A stretch of DNA of 64,000 nt from Minisyncoccota bacterium (GTDB lineage Bacteria > Patescibacteriota > Minisyncoccia > Phycocordibacterales > UBA2100), in assembly GCA_035500505.1 (NCBI GenBank), contig DATJXE010000004.1, forward strand, positions 50,230-114,229, in the 5' to 3' direction. Position 1 is the stretch's first letter. Each line of letters begins with the position of its first letter. The notes beneath the pieces were generated by a model. That model saw nothing but the letters and a program-made list of their open reading frames with translations. It was not told the origin of the DNA and ran no database searches. Position numbers and translations under genes: made by a program. Shown here piece after piece: positions 62,753 to 64,000 of this stretch.

Positions 62753-64000
62753 TTAAGCCCGTACCGCCGCCCGGGCGCGCACGCTGCGCTCGCGGCTGGG
62801 GCCTTTGCGCACGTCATAGGTGAACTCCCCGTTCTTGGCGTCCACCGAGACCGCGCCGCCTTCCATGACACCGCGGGAGACCATGAGATTGGCGATGGGC
62901 GTGAGCACCTTGGTTTGGATGAGGCGCTTGAGAGGGCGCGCGCCGTATTGCGCGTTGTAGCCTTCCTTCGCCAAAAGCTCCATCGCCTCTTTCGTGAGAC
63001 GGAGCGTTATCTGTTTCTCTTCGAGACGCTTCGCGACGATATCCACTTGCATGCGTACGATGTCGAGAATGGCTTCGTGCGAAAGAATGTTGAAGAGAAT
63101 GACGTCGTCGAGACGGTTCAAGAACTCCGGGCGGAAGAATTCCTTCAGAGAATCCGTGACCTTGCTCTTCACCTGCTCGTAACGCTCGCCCTCGGTCGAG
63201 GAGCCGCCGCTCGCGAAGCCGAGCGAGGACATCCTGTCGATGTGTTCGGCGCCGATGTTCGAGGTCATGATGATGACGCAATTCTTGAAGTTGACAGTGC
63301 GGCCTTTGGCGTCGGTGAGGCGGCCGTTGTCGAGCACTTGCAGGAGGATGTTGAACACCTCCGGATGTGCCTTCTCTATTTCATCGAAGAGGATGACGGA
63401 ATAGGGGCGGTGCCGCACCAGTTCGGTGAGTCCTCCGCCTTCGTCATAGCCAACGTAGCCGGGCGGCGAGCCGATCATTTTGGAAACGCTGTGCTTCTCC
63501 ATGTATTCGGACATGTCGACACGGATGAGCGCCTTGTCGCTGTTGAAGAGGAATTCCGCGAGCGAACGCGTGAGCTCGGTCTTCCCCACCCCAGTGGGGC
63601 CGAGGAACAGGAATGAGCCGACGGGGCGGTTGGGATCGGCGATGCCGGCGCGAGAGCGCTTGATGGCGTCGGAAACTTTCTGCACGGCTTCGTCCTGGCC
63701 GACGATGCGCTTTTTGAGTTCTTCTTCCATGCGCGAGAGCTTTTCCGCTTCCTCTTCGAGCATGCGGGAGACCGGCACCCCGGTCCAGCGGGAAACGACC
63801 CCCGCGATGTCTTCGGCGGTGATCTCTTCTTTGAGGACGCGGCGGGTTTGCTGCAATTTCTTGAGACGCTTGGTCGCCGCCTCGATCTGGTGCTCAAGCG
63901 CGGGTATGGTGCCGTAGCGGATCTCGGCGGTCTTGGTGAGGTCGCCTATGTTCTCCGCGGAATCGGCGTCGATGCGCGACTGCTCGAGTTCTCCCTTCGC
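62753..64000 (-). CDS. clpB: ClpB/ClpC AAA+ chaperone, C-terminal part (runs off window)
   Basis: AEIRYG M-domain, GPTGVGKTE, DMSEYMEKH, FDEIEKAHP, RPEFLNR, YGARPLKR. Confidence 0.93.
   Translation of the reverse strand, partial: AKGELEQSRIDADSAENIGDLTKTAEIRYGTIPALEHQIEAATKRLKKLQQTRRVLKEEITAEDIAGVVSRWTGVPVSRMLEEEAEKLSRMEEELKKRIVGQDEAVQKVSDAIKRSRAGIADPNRPVGSFLFLGPTGVGKTELTRSLAEFLFNSDKALIRVDMSEYMEKHSVSKMIGSPPGYVGYDEGGGLTELVRHRPYSVILFDEIEKAHPEVFNILLQVLDNGRLTDAKGRTVNFKNCVIIMTSNIGAEHIDRMSSLGFASGGSSTEGERYEQVKSKVTDSLKEFFRPEFLNRLDDVILFNILSHEAILDIVRMQVDIVAKRLEEKQITLRLTKEAMELLAKEGYNAQYGARPLKRLIQTKVLTPIANLMVSRGVMEGGAVSVDAKNGEFTYDVRKGPSRERSVRARAAVRA

Noticed and set aside
1-64000. Alternative genetic code (TGA=Gly) as in Gracilibacteria
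   Set aside because: Conserved genes such as purM, purE and lepA end at TGA at their expected C-termini

Overview
This 64 kb bacterial window uses genetic code 11 (TGA is a stop) and is GC-rich and densely coded. It is most consistent with a Patescibacteria/CPR (Parcubacteria-like) genome; this is inferred from gene families, the CPR-type pilin and tRNAs lacking an encoded CCA. From left to right: PMM/PGM and an ABC-2 exporter; a partial purine cluster (purL-Q-K-E-M-C-B); a thymidylate/folate cluster (folA divergent from CYTH-dcd-thyA-glyA); an alpha-glucan cluster (GT4-GH57-GH15-cupin GPI-ROK); and a ~15 kb surface/exopolysaccharide island. That island holds a ~1950 aa dockerin-tipped deacetylase next to a membrane-anchored cohesin-like protein, a divergent GT2 synthase with a degenerate deacetylase domain, and a Cna-B/SdrD adhesin. 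It is followed by a palindrome-flanked RAYT-type HUH transposase, an XRE-controlled DipZ/Met-rich-peptide module, hisS, lepA, murJ, rnpB, four tRNAs, rpmG and the 3' part of clpB. The main unexplained signals are: the cohesin-dockerin/EPS system; a 110-114 bp covarying structured repeat in two copies; a synonymously recoded duplicate of the rpmG 3' end bounding a 1.6 kb island; a copy of the RAYT palindrome inside purB; and widespread leaderless-type promoters. All calls come from reading motifs by eye, and no database searches were run.
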